DNA of 64,000 nucleotides from Catajapyx aquilonaris (Eukaryota): contig JYFJ02001666.1 of assembly GCA_000934665.2 (NCBI GenBank), forward strand, positions 1-64,000. The letters run 5' to 3'. The translations under genes and the position numbers were made by a program. The notes beneath the pieces were generated by a model. It saw only the letters and a program-made list of their open reading frames with translations. It was not told where the DNA came from and did not search any database. Shown here one piece after another: positions 51,943 through 64,000 of the stretch; position 1 is the first letter of the stretch; the number at the start of each line of letters is the position of its first letter.

Positions 51943-54900
51943 CACACACACCCCTCCTTAACGTGTGGTCTGTGCGAAGGGTTGCTTCAAGACCAGGATA
52001 AAGTGGCCAAAAGCATTTGAACCCGATATAGTACAGTATGTCCCTTCACGTCTGTGTAAAGAAGTGGTAGGCCTACTAAACGAACCCATAATTTGTTCTT
52101 TATATTTCAGAATTTTTATGGCACAACCACCATTGGTTCTATTTTTACCCATTTTTACCATTTTTGGCAATATGAGCTTAGTACGTATAAGCATAAAAAG
52201 AAGTAGAGAAGTCAAAATCTGTCACTAATATCGATAAAGTAATGCACAATCGATACACTTTATATTGCCAACATGGCCGCAGATGGCACGGGACGCTATG
52301 TAGTGGAGATCAGGGATTGTTCCTTTGATCGTTCTGCATTTCAAATCTTCGTTTGTTTCCCTCAGCAACGCCAAAGCCAATAGATACGGAGACCAAAACC
52401 AATACGGGAGCATAAGGTACTTTGCCTCATCTTGTAAATATACTTTGACTTCTGTTAAAAGGGACCACTTTATGTAAAAGCCACCGACTCCTATGCTATA
52501 ACTGAGGGCTATAAGATGCCTGAAAAGAAGAAACTCGTGAAATGGTATAGTATTCCGTAATTTTGCCTACTTTTGCAGATACTTCAAGCATGCCTATGCA
52601 CACAAAACTATACAATAATGTTATTACTGCTAATACGCGAAAAGTTACAAAACAATGCCGAAACAAACTGACTCTTGAATAGCTTTTGGGTCCCCCCTCA
52701 TAGCTGCAGCTTCCGGCACAGAAGTGCGAAACCATGGTGTAAACTTTACCTGAAGTGTGCGAATTGGCCCTTTCTATACGCGCGGTTTTGCAGACCAACC
52801 TTCGTCCAACTGCTCCGCACACCCCAATTTTGCCAGCCTTTAATGACCGTCCTGCTGCTAACTTTCGCGCGAGAAATGAACAGGAGAGGTCCGGCCCTTA
52901 TCAAACTAGCGCGTCTATAAACTAATCAAGCCCACCCCCACCCCCCTAGAAAACCGTTACAATGTATAACCGAGTAACGTAACTCTCGAGTTCAATTTTC
53001 CTCTCGGTAGGTTCATGAAAAGGCAATTTATTTATTGAGCATGTCATTCACGCCTCAGTAAAGTACGAAATGTTTTGCCAGCCTCGACAATTACCCGCCT
53101 TCCTTTTGTGAATCAAGTCGAAATGCCGGTCCCTACTTTGTGCGCCATTGTCACGCGTCGAATGAACCCTTTATCTTTGGTAGTTACGGTGCATGCGGTG
53201 ATCAGAATAAAATAAGAGGCACTAGGTCTCTCCTTCATTGCCCTATTGCCTCGGATTGAAGATTCCTCCCCCTCACTCCCCACTCCCCGCTACTCCAGCC
53301 CCGCACCTCCCCACTTCCAACGCTTTGTGCGATAAGGTCAGGGAAGCATAACACGTTTCTTGCCGGTTATAGATCCATTGACGACTATCGTAAAAGGTAA
53401 TCATGACGCGCATACCCTGATACCAACATGGCCTGGCTGTTAGCGGACTAGAGTGAATCGAGGCTCGTGAATGGAGGCTGGAAGTCCCAACCAAATGCCA
53501 ATAGAAGCTGACAGTAAAATAACGGAAATTTAGCTGACAAAATACGCAAAAATTATAAAATTAGTGGATTTAATATACGTAAGAATTTCAATTTTTATAG
53601 TTCAATAAGTTTTTGGTCCCTCCGGACTAATATTGGAGCTACGCCCAAATCCTATCATAGATTCCCTGACTCGTAGCAACATTTTTGATTCCATGTTCAA
53701 AATTGATTTAGACTGTGCATAAACCATCCTTTTATCACCCAGAATATTTTGCAAGATTATTTCTTTTTAAAGGAAGATGTGTTTTAATAACCATGCTGAG
53801 GGTACGCATTTCCCAATTACATCCGCCCACAAAAAATTACGTTCCTCGCTTCTTGCTATTATCCGATTTTTATTAGTTAATTGTAACTCTCCGGTTTTAT
53901 GATGCAAAGTTAAGCACCTGTTCGCCCTACTTTTGAGAGATCCTTGCTCCTACCCGATTACCCTGATTAATGTGCAATGTCTTAATAAACAATTGATCGC
54001 CTCCTCCTCCTGTCCCTTGTTCCCGTATGTTACCTACTTCATGTAGAACGACCTCTTATTAAAATTTCACTTAATTAGCGCCACTTCTCAGTGCATACAA
54101 CCAGAATTCAAGATGGCCGCTCCATTTTGAAACACTCTCCCTTTTTTTAAAAAAAAAAACCCTCCGTTGAATATCAATTGTATTCAGAGGACCTTATCAC
54201 AGTCACGGCACAGTATCCAAATGAAAATTACCCTCAGGTAATTACTAAGCTTCCCCGCATAAAGAATTTCAATATGGCAGTTTATTTCGGAGATGGAGTA
54301 TTATGTTTTCTTTTTTTTTGTCTTACAAGGGATATCTCTCTGGGAAGAATATTCTCAGAGGAAATTGCCTTTTGGGGCGGAGTTATCAACTGCTTTGCGT
54401 CGTGTGCTTTACAGCTATAATAGATGGCTGTTGGGGCTTTTCGAGGAAGAAATTCCGAATCGAGCATCTGGTATCCCGCAGGACAAGTACTCGACAAATT
54501 TCCTTCCCACAATCTGAGTCGGCCAAAAGGGGGGGACTCACGAGGCCTCGGGGTTCACGACTCTGTTTAAAACGTGCCTGTTGCCAGGCATCGGATGCGA
54601 CGACGTGCGTTATGCCATTCGCTGCTGTTGTAATGCAAGAGGCACAGACGACATTATGTTATCACTGCCGTTTCGAGTGGGAAACAAACTGCTCTTGCAT
54701 GAATGAGTGGGAAAATCCAACGTGACTTTTTTGCTTTGAAAAGTTTTGATCTACCTAGTTAGCGGCATGTGGATGTTATCCTGATGTCAAACTAGACTTA
54801 ACTATATCGTAATTTTATTAACGTTGAGTGTCGTCTGTGAGCCATTATTTATACCAAAATCAGCCTCGGTGTTGTCTTAGGAAAGGCCATTTTCTCTCCC

Positions 54901-55937
54901 AGCTATTTACACTACTTCAAGTGTAGCAGCAATTCCACATCGTACAGTACACTTAGAGCAAAGACAGCTCGCACTAGTCTTGAGCCCGGATAGTAAATAG
55001 TCTCCGGCTGTACCTCCCAGGGGACCAGGACAGCCGGCATCAATCACCACGAGGCCGTAAATGGCGGTAGCTTTGAATTAATAATCCAATGACATTCCAC
55101 TTTTCCAGCGATGTAATTGCGCAATCCAAACCCGCTTCCCCGTGTTGTTACCTGATTGAGAGCAGTGTCAACCGATTTGTTTTCCCAGAGGGCTTTTAAA
55201 AGCGCCGGCTATGACTAATTCGCTGGATGGTGGCTGGGGATGGTGGGGGGACACTTCCTGGTTAACTTTGTTTCCAGCCGTGTGTGGCAAGCCGGTACAG
55301 TGTATGGATTAAGCCGTTGGAGAAAAGCCGATGCGATCGGACTGGAAAGATGTTTCCATTAAAGGAAAAGGGCGGGAGACCTTTCCTCCTCTGACTAGAG
55401 TTATCTGTTCCGGAAGCCTCCCCCGGAATATTTATGAGCTCCGGTCCATTACCACCCGGCTCGTGCCCAGCGCCCTTGGAAAACAATATCGTTCAAAAGA
55501 ACGTTTCTTATTTTTATGTTTCCACAGCTAAATGTTCCGCGGTGAAGGAACGGTAGTGTTTGCGAACCTTTAGTGGGCCAGTAAACCAATCGAAGGGTCC
55601 ATTCCGCCTCCTGTTTCAACTCGACGTGAAAGCCGGAGGAACACTATTGGCCATGACTTGGGGTCCAAATTGCACTATTTTTCACTGCTACCGACCGCGT
55701 TTTGCTGGTACTGGCCATCCTGGTGGTCAAGCAAATATTGCTAGCAATAGGACAAGTTGCTGTGCTCAATTGTCATACAACTAGTTGGAAAACTAAGATC
55801 TGTGACGTAAACCGGCTAAAAATCATCCAGTAACAACTATAATAACTTCTTGAACTGAATCATATACAATGTAAACAATTTGTTGTTATTTTTGCATTTG
55901 GTGGGGGGAATACAAAATGTGACTTTACTTAATAATA

Positions 55938-56277
55938 CAGTAGAACCACGATTATCCGACCTCGGCTTATCCAACTCCTCGGATTATCCGACCGTCCTGC
56001 TCCGGCAATGAATCTGTGTTTTCTCATGAAATACTGTAATGTTCTACACATTTGTTTGTTTTGCCTTAGTTAATACGGGCAGTACAGTCGAGTATGTGTG
56101 TAAAAGAAAAATACTTCACTATTCCTTAGAAAACCATAACGTTGTACGTTATTTCATGTTTTTATATGTTTTTCGTTGTGTTTTATTAAAGTCTTTTTAC
56201 TCCTCAGATTATCCGACATTTTCAGTTATCCGACGATGCCCCAGTCCCGTGGGTGACGGATAATCGGGGTTCTATTG
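55938..56277. mobile_element. pogo/Tigger-like MITE
   Basis: TA|CAGTAGAACCACGATTATCCG...CGGATAATCGGGGTTCTATTG|TA with repeated TTATCCGAC motifs. Confidence 0.85.
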
Positions 56278-56941
56278 TAGTAACTCGCGAACAAAAATGA
56301 AAAGGTCTGGTGGCATGTAACATTTTCAGGGCGGCATCACGCACACACTCTCTAAAGTAAGAAGCCATGAAGTTTTTCTCCCCTTTTTCGATTTTCCGGG
56401 CGAGATTGTTACACACCCTGTCTACCCCGTTTCGTCCCCAAAATTTCCCTGGGACGGAAGCAGACGCCTCCAGAGAGCTCAATGTCTGCTGCCACCAGAA
56501 GTGAGGAACTGACGGGCTGGAAAATAGAGGCGTGTAACCCACAAGTAGTTCACTTGATACTCTGCGGTACAGTAACTACATCACAGCCATTGCAGCACTC
56601 AGAAAACAAATTACGCGCATCTTAACTGCCTGTTTCGTTTTCGGTCAACTTTAAGACTCTTCATTTAAAAAGCTCAAATAACAATTATTATATTACATCA
56701 GACTAAAAGAAGGGACTATTCATGAAGCGGCAATTTGAATTACACTCATTTCCAGATTTAAATGAAAAATAGTTCAATCTAATTTCGAAACAAAGTTCTA
56801 ACTAAAAACACAGTAGTTCTTTAATAGAGTCTATGGCCCTTAATTTGCTACCCTTTTACAGGGTATTCAGCTGAATTAATAGAACTCATCCTGTGATTAG
56901 GTCCTTTTGTAATACGAGTATATGCAGTAAAGTATTATTTA

Positions 56942-56947
<6 letters not shown>

Positions 56948-56998
<51 letters not shown>

Positions 56999-57288
56999 GT
57001 TATTATTATTATTATTCATACCCCGTTATCAGCCATCGGCTCTTTAGTGGGGATGTTTGTTTTGCCTGGAACTCTTTGTTTTTCATTTTACTGTGCTCTT
57101 TGGGATAGGATAGGGACGGAAGGAAGCGGCTGTGGCCTATTAATTACGGAAGCAACTCCGGAATTTCCCTGGAAGGACCGGGGGAAACCACAGGAAACCA
57201 CGGTCAGAGTTGCCTGCCCCGGGATTTGACCCCAAGACCTCCCGATTAGCAGTCGGGCACCATATCCCCTCCTCCAAACTGCTTCGGT
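56948..57288 (-). mobile_element. tRNA-derived SINE, family S2
   Basis: Homolog of the other S2 copies; sense tail (AAT)n; TSD GTAAAGTATTATTTAATTATT at 56927-56947 and 57289-57309, partly overlapping tail-like sequence. Confidence 0.9.
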
Positions 57289-60200
57289 GTAAAGTATTAT
57301 TTAATTATTTTATTGATACTATTATTGAAATTACACCGAGAATTACACACTAAAATAATGCGAACAAAGTTACTATCTTATAGCAAGTTTATTGTCATGT
57401 CAAAATTTCGGATTCACTTTGTGTCCATGTCTTTCAAGATAATTCTCGGTAAAAATATTGATCCGATACTAAACGACAGCAATAGCTGTCTATTTCAGCT
57501 TGTACAGCACGAGTTTTCTTAATGACGTCAGCTGATCTTGAATTACTGTACTCCTCTCTCCTTTGCCCCATCCTAAACATTTAACCGGAACCTGTAATAC
57601 TGAGCGTAATTCATTAATAATTCATTGAACTGTGAGGCAAAGGCGTGGAAAACAGTCAGATAAAGTTGTTTTTGCTGCTGAAAATAGGTATTACTCGGTT
57701 CATGGTGTCAGGCTATAGGATATTTCTGGCAGCGGATTCCACTTTACAGTGCGTCCATAAATAAACAGGTAAGTCTCAGGTGTGTATGTCTGCAGTTTTC
57801 ATTAGTTGGACGTATAGGAAACGGTGGGCTACACGTGACATTTGGCGAATTCGCTGATTCTCGGCGAAATGCGAGAAACACTTTCTCGCCTCCTCTGTTT
57901 TTCCCGCTCTCCAAAGAATCGCGCGAAGCCGTGACGCAATTACACGTAATGAAAAGTGTCGCTTTAATACCTCACGTCAGGCGGAGTTTCCTAAAATCCG
58001 CTTGTAAAGAGGCCGAGTGGCCGTAGCACTAGGAGAAGGCTTATCTTGACGCCTAAGACTTCGCTTTAATTAGCTTCCCTATCTCGCTTATACCTGACTG
58101 ACAATGAAACTGAAATTGTCGTTTGTTTTTTTAAAAAAAACCCTCACGGCCAGAAAATTCAAAATAAATTGTCAAATTTTAAAGTTGTGTTGCGCGCGAT
58201 TTTTGTAATATCAACGTGATTTCAAATATCAAATTATTTCATAAATAGTTATTAATTCAGTTTTGAAAATGTGACACTTTCCTTAATTCCAACTGAATAA
58301 ATGTGTCCCGCTTCACTAATAAATCTTGGGCATATGCATGCGACATGCAGTTGAAATTAGTCTTTTCTCTTAAGTTCCTTCTGATCCTGGGGGCAATGCT
58401 CAGGATTAAGTAGGGTAAAACCAGATTTGTTTCCAATTGTTATCCTTTCGTTTGATTAATCAGAAACTAATGCTAGTGCAACCCCCGTTCTTTTTTCCAT
58501 GAGTTACACCGTCCCCAATTTTAAAAAAAATATATAATTCACGCCTTTGTGGCCGCGGATGCACTGGGACAGGGACAATATTTTATTGGGAGGTGGAGGG
58601 TGGGAGTAGAGGGAAACGTGATGTGTGGTCGGAAATCCCCGACGGAATTCAGTAGGTAATTAACCGCTTCACATGAAATGTAATCTGTCTCGCAGCTTTC
58701 GGGCCGTACATTTTCATGGCGATTCACCGGGCTGTGGACGATCCCGAGCAAATAAAAAGGGGGATCTGGACGGAAAGGTCCACTGACTAGCATTGATCTA
58801 TGCGACCATTGTGCTGATGTTTGCCTTTGGCCAATTAGTCGCGCTTTATTTGCCTGGTTCCATGGGTCACAACTTGGACGGCTGCACGTCACGTTGTGCT
58901 CGACGATATGGCGTCCTTAATTTGACTTCTTTTGTGATTTCGATATTCAAAGAGGAACCTTTGTTGCCGTGTTGTTTAAATAATGGGTAGCGTTATAATT
59001 GCGAGACGTTAGGTAGGTGAGGCAGTATAAAGAAAAATCATGCAAAACAAATGTTACAAAATAATTGTTAAATTTTAAAACCTGAAGTTGCTGGCCAATG
59101 CGCAATTTTCCACTCATCGTTTTAAACTCAATAATATTTAAGAGCGCATCATGTTACAAAAATTTGAGAATATAGAGTCCTCCACTGCTCTGCAAAATCC
59201 TGGAAGGAAGAAGAGAAAAAGCATATGTATGGATCAAGTGATCGTTGAGTGGCGTGTGCAGCTGGCTGGTCTTATTGGAGCATCGACTGCTGATTGGTAC
59301 GGGAAACTATGTGAGAGCAGAAGTGACGGAGCCGATGTCCCTTTTGACCCCCCCATGGAGGCAGCCAGGCAATTTCTTATTTTTCTTGTGCTGCCTGCAT
59401 GGCTCCCCCATGCAGAAGCCACCGCCTATAGCCATAGCCCTCCGTCGGCGGAGCAACAGCCATAGTCGATAAGCAGTTTTGGGAGGCAAGGGAACAGCAC
59501 CATAGCTTTTTGTTCCTTATTCCCATCATCCAATCCCCTCGTCCAATTTTCATTGCCATACCCTCAGATGAACAGGTCCGCACCGATGAACTGCATGGGG
59601 CATTGGGTCAATACGGCCAGGAATGGGGTTATGGCCGTTATACCTCCAAGATTATGGCCCTCTCGGTCTAAGGGCCACGAGGAGAGAATGGCCCTAGGAA
59701 GATGGGGATGCCCATGGGCCATCCAACGGGCTGCTACGTGAAATTGAACTTCCGCCACGTCCCCCCGCCTCCTCCTTTTCAGCTTTCCTTTTTTTCTTCT
59801 TCTTCCTCCTCCTCCTTCTCCTTCTCTTGCTCTGTTCCGTGCGCCCAGAGTGAGGAAAAGTAGTCTCGACTCCTTCGAGTGCAGTATGGGTTCTTTTTCT
59901 CCGCTTCTAATTTCGTTTCCTTTCGGCTCAACGACCTAACAGAAGGAATGTATTTGCAAGAGCTCAATGCTGTAGGGTGACCATCATGGCACTAGTTTTC
60001 TAAAAAGATTGCAACGCGTCAAGTAGCCTACGCATACAGGTGTTATCAAAATGTCATAGATCTGTAAATTGCTGAATCAAGTTGACAACCTGCATGGTAG
60101 TAGGCCTATATGCATAATTCCACAATATGACAAAGCTAGGTGAATGCCAACTGACACGTGCTCACGCAGCAGGTAGGGTCTACTGTCAGCAGAGTGAGTC

Positions 60201-60784
60201 AAAATGTCTCTTTCTCTCAGCCTGCTGGGTGCTGACAACATGAGCTTTTAACAGCCCTCTGTAGTATATACGTTAGGGAAATGAAACCGGCTTCAGTGTA
60301 AGTCTCGGTAGGGCTCAAGTCAAATTCCTGCACATTGAAGTCGACGGGCAAATCCGGAGCCCGAGTTGAGAAGCTTTTCTGTCCGATCGAAGTCCTGAGG
60401 AACGTGAGCTCCGTCGAGTTTCGGAGGGCCTATGGTACCAAGTTCTGTGCCTGCTGCCCCTGGCATCGCCCACTGGCCAAACGGGTAGAGTGGGTGAGGA
60501 GGTAGGTGGGTGGAAGAGGAAACTCCGCTTGATCACGTTTTACCCTAATGAGTTCACACCTCGGGGCCATCGGCTCCTTTATGGCGCCAGAGAGGAAAGG
60601 AAGACAAATGGGAAAACCTGCAGACCTGACTGACTCCAAACTGCCCCCCTCCCATCACCTTCTTCCGCCTTTTTTAAGGCACGCAAAGATATACCAACCA
60701 GGCCCTAAATCTAAACACCCGATTTAAGAGCTCTAGTATTATTTATTAACGCAATTAGAGTACACTGCAGGGAGTACCGGTCGT

Positions 60785-61033
60785 TCAGCATGGCGCTGCG
60801 CCGAAGACTCGCCGGCATACGTTTTGCTGGTCACGCCGGTAGCCGCAGGGGCAGGTGGCATCACCGCTGGCTATCACCTGATCAGGGTTCTGCAGGGGGT
60901 GCAGGGCCTCCAGGACCTCTTCTGGAGAGTGGTAGTCGTAGTCCACATAGTCCTTGTACGGCATGGAGGCAGCCTGGAGGATCAGTCCCACGAAGATGAA
61001 CAGCAGAAACCACTTCATTTTTGGTGATACCCA
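60785..61033 (-). CDS. Secreted secapin-like cysteine peptide precursor, main coding exon
   Basis: MKWFLLFIFVGLILQAAS signal-peptide-like segment, acidic pro-region, and C-terminal VIASGDATCPCGYRRDQQNVCRRVFGAAPC matching the CPxGxxxxxxxxCRxV pattern of secapin-like peptides. Acceptor ctgacAG at 61035-61034; ATG at 61018 in CAAAAATG context; AATAAA at 60747-60742. Confidence 0.8.
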   Translation of the reverse strand, partial: WVSPKMKWFLLFIFVGLILQAASMPYKDYVDYDYHSPEEVLEALHPLQNPDQVIASGDATCPCGYRRDQQNVCRRVFGAAPC

Positions 61034-61160
61034 CTGTCAGGTGTGTAAAAACCCAAACTCAATTACATCCACTTTAAATAAAAATCTGTAGAAAATGCCA
61101 TTAGCCGCATCCACTACCTGGCAGCGTTGAACCCATTTTCCATAAAAATTATAGGCTTAC

Positions 61161-61225
61161 CATATCTCGTTTCCAGCCTTCTAATAACTGTGCCCAGCAG
61201 ATCAGCTCACTGTATGGTGTATATA
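61161..61225 (-). promoter_or_regulatory. Putative TATA box, initiator and short first exon of the peptide gene
   Basis: TATATA at 61225-61220; Inr-like CAGTT at 61190-61186 (spacing slightly long); exon ends ATG|GTAAG with donor at 61160; 127-nt intron; this ATG is in frame with exon 2 (MWVSPKMKW...). Confidence 0.55.
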
Positions 61226-64000
61226 CGTACCTGGACCACCAGCTGACTGACAGACTGGCTGCAACCAGGCTCGAAAGTGATATAATTCCTCTCCGTATGA
61301 AAACCACCGAGATATATTCTATACTACGTTTCCTGTAGGGGACGCATATCTCGGTTCGCTTTCCGCACTCTTATTAGGAATACCTTCTGGTACGTAGTGA
61401 AGACATACGGAAACCACAGCCCCACTTGCAACCGGTTAATGAGATTTCCTCTCTGATTTGGAGCTCGGAATTAAACCCACATGGCATCCTCATCAACACT
61501 TCCCCAGATTAAAAACACGGAAAAAAAACTGGGGGGGGTATGGGAGGCTGGTGAACGTTCATACTAATCCATTCGTGGCAGTACCTATGCGGGGACTGGG
61601 TGGTGCCTGTGAGGACATGTTGCATATTGTGGGGGTCAAAAAAAATTGGAAATACAATTTGTCAGGCAGATGCAGGATTTTGGAGCGCAGTCAGGAGGAG
61701 ATGTAATTTTGACAAATTCATATGCAGTATAAGGCATTAGTTATATCATTTTACAGTCGATTTTTGAAAAAGTCGGCGTGTTTTTGAGCTTTACAAATTA
61801 ACTTCATGAACACCCTGTATGACTGACATCATAGCTAGCTTCTATACCCGGATGATGTCAAGAATCGATTGAGAGCTTACTTCTTAGGCTGAATAGAAAA
61901 TCGGTGCTTCAAGATACTCACAAAAGATTTCATTCTACACAACTACTCTCTGTAGCCTATATATCCACCCTCCTCCCCCTGCCTCCCTAGCCCATGAGAG
62001 GAATCGAAAAATATGCATTTCATGCGCACGAGAATCCTAAAGCAGTGAGTTATACCCCCTCCTGTTTTTCTACCACAGAAGAAGAGCACTACAGCAATGG
62101 TCCATTTCTCCCCTCTTATAACCTAATTAGGCCCTCAGCGAATATTTAAAGTTCTGTCAGTGCCTCCCCCCGCCCCATTCAAATTCTGTTTCTCCCTTCC
62201 CCCCAATTCCACTTGTAAAATTCCTCTTAAAACCCGAATGAGTTTACCCACTAAAGCCACGATTACCGTATAATAAGCTTTGTTAGGATTCCAGCAAATG
62301 CACATTACATTCGGCAGCAGTCCGGATTGGGAATGCATTGACAAAACGAGGTTACAAGATTTGATTGATGTAATGCGCGTAAATAAATCAGATAATAGGG
62401 GTTATCCAGTTATGTGATACAACAGAGTGACAATTATTTGCACTGCGTGTGAAACTGCGACATATATAGTTACTACCTAGTATTGGTTCCGTACATATAT
62501 CGTGAGCATACAAGTGAAACAAATATTCATAATGAGCCAGCAAGATTTTCTGTCATTACTAGCATGTAACAATTTTATTTAGATAATTATTACTGGTTTT
62601 TGTACTTAATGAATTTATCGTGTACGCCGACGATATGTTGCAATATTGCAATGTGAAAAGTGCGCCTGCAGTGAAGGCCGACTCATGCGCAATTATTACA
62701 GAGCAAACAAAATTATTTTCAAGTCTCCGCCGGCAGTAGAGTCCCCCGTTATAATCCACAAATGGGTAGATTAGAGTGGGAATAAAATCTCTTCGCGACG
62801 TGTTAAGTGCTTTCGCAATATTTTCCCCGCAATTTACGTGGCGCTTTGGTAATTAGAACCTGTACTGCATGGCACCTCACACTTGGCTATACAGTACATA
62901 TAAACTGCACCGCAATCCATAATGTGCCTCACCTTTTTGCTGAGTCTATTTTCCTCGCCTCCTCCCCAAACACGGCCGCAAGCCTCCCCATCCCCGCCAT
63001 CCCCCACTTCCCTTCTCCTCACATGTTCCGCATATAATTAGCTTTCGGGGCCACAAAAACCACAAGATAATGCCAGGCCCGCAGCACCGGCCTCATGCCC
63101 GATACACTATCAAGTGCAGGTACACAAAAAATTCGGTTCCAACAACCCCACTTTGTATTAACACTTGCTATTCAAGCTGGTTTTTACCAGAGGAATATCG
63201 CGGCTTTAGCTACCATTTTTGCCCAATGATAGCTGGGGAATATTCGACAAAACATGTCTAGGGCTGAACAGCACCAAGATGTGCCAGCATGCACCTTTAA
63301 AATATTTTTGGCACATTCTCGGGCAAAAAAAAAAGGCACCTGTCATCTTCTTCCCTGAGCTGAGCCCCACCTTTCCCAAGCACGGAGTAAGGGGGTTGGG
63401 GGTACGGGTAAGTCCGGAATAAAATCAAATGCGGTCCGTCACTTCCTCTCGGGATCATCGTCAGAAAATCTGTCAGATAATCTTCTCTCTTCGCCATCAC
63501 TCGGATCGGCTGCGTTTTTCCCTGCAGATCACGTAGCCAGGAAATTGAATCAAGCATTCACGCCGGCTCGACACCCTCACCAACTGTAGCGCTCGACCCC
63601 CATCGCAGAACCTGGCGCCAAAATTTGCCAATCGGGAGGAAAAATAGGAAGGAAAGGGTCGTAGACACCAAGAAGAGACCTCTGTTTTAATATATTTAAA
63701 AAAAAGAACTATTCCTCGAATATAATGGTTTTAAAATGCGTGATATTACCGCATCTATCAGATGGGGCTGGAATAAGGGAGTTNGGGGGGGGGGGGCAGA
63801 TAATGCGTGGGTGTTAGGAGTGCGTAAGCAGCCCTCAGATGAGGCTAGTCATAATAAACAAACTTGTAAGTGTATTCTTGGAATGGACCGTCTGGAAGGA
63901 GGTCAGATCTGACACTATACAGTGTAGGGTTCATTATCTGAATCCACTTCCGCACAGCCGTCCGCAAGCATTATCGCGGTCTCATTCCTACATATGAGTA

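Larger units (their letters stand above)
51201..52026. mobile_element. TA-flanked MITE expanded by two internal (CA)n-associated elements
   Basis: TA|TCGGGTTCAAATACTTTTGGCCACTTTATCCTGGTCTTGAA ... TTCAAGACCAGGATAAAGTGGCCAAAAGCATTTGAACCCGA|TA. Confidence 0.75.

Noticed and set aside
26182..57108. Poly-Ile, poly-Tyr and Ser-Leu repeat ORFs
   Set aside because: These are translations of (AAT)n, (TAT)n and (TC)n microsatellites or SINE tails.
33851..57288. Functional tRNA genes suggested by A and B boxes
   Set aside because: Each is followed by a shared non-tRNA body, and most have a tail and TSD, so they are SINE heads.
35185..62544. 21-bp exact repeat TATTCATAATGAGCCAGCAAG at 35185-35205 and 62524-62544
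   Set aside because: Probably the end of an old dispersed repeat; no partner end was found and it is too short to classify.
63781..63797. G runs containing N (also at 3677) as G-quadruplex or regulatory signals
   Set aside because: Ambiguous bases indicate homopolymer assembly uncertainty.

Overview
Eukaryotic, almost certainly arthropod and probably insect, genomic DNA: GT-AG introns, (TTAGG)n-type repeats, tRNA-derived SINEs and TA-flanked MITEs. Most of the supplied ORF track is noise. Three gene-like entities can be supported. (1) Eight + strand coding exons (14030-29543) splice in frame into an acatalytic carbonic anhydrase-related protein (CARP, CA10/CA11-like, resembling Drosophila CG32698/CARPB); its 5' exon(s) were not found and probably lie upstream of the window. 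(2) A frameshifted F-box/LRR pseudogene on the - strand lies in two blocks (48470-48832 and 45404-46059). (3) A compact - strand gene encodes a secreted secapin-like cysteine peptide (60785-61163). The rest is intron or intergenic DNA with nested non-autonomous transposons. The most notable observations are a perfect recursive-splice (AG|GTAAGT) junction at the start of the CARP histidine-bearing exon, an in-frame retainable last intron, three SINE families sharing one 3' end, SINEs repeatedly nested in MITEs, and a tandem pair of (CA)n-flanked elements carrying telomere-type repeats. No CRISPR array, rRNA, intact tRNA or intact transposase was found, and I found no convincing wholly new system. 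All homology calls are from motif recognition, not database searches.
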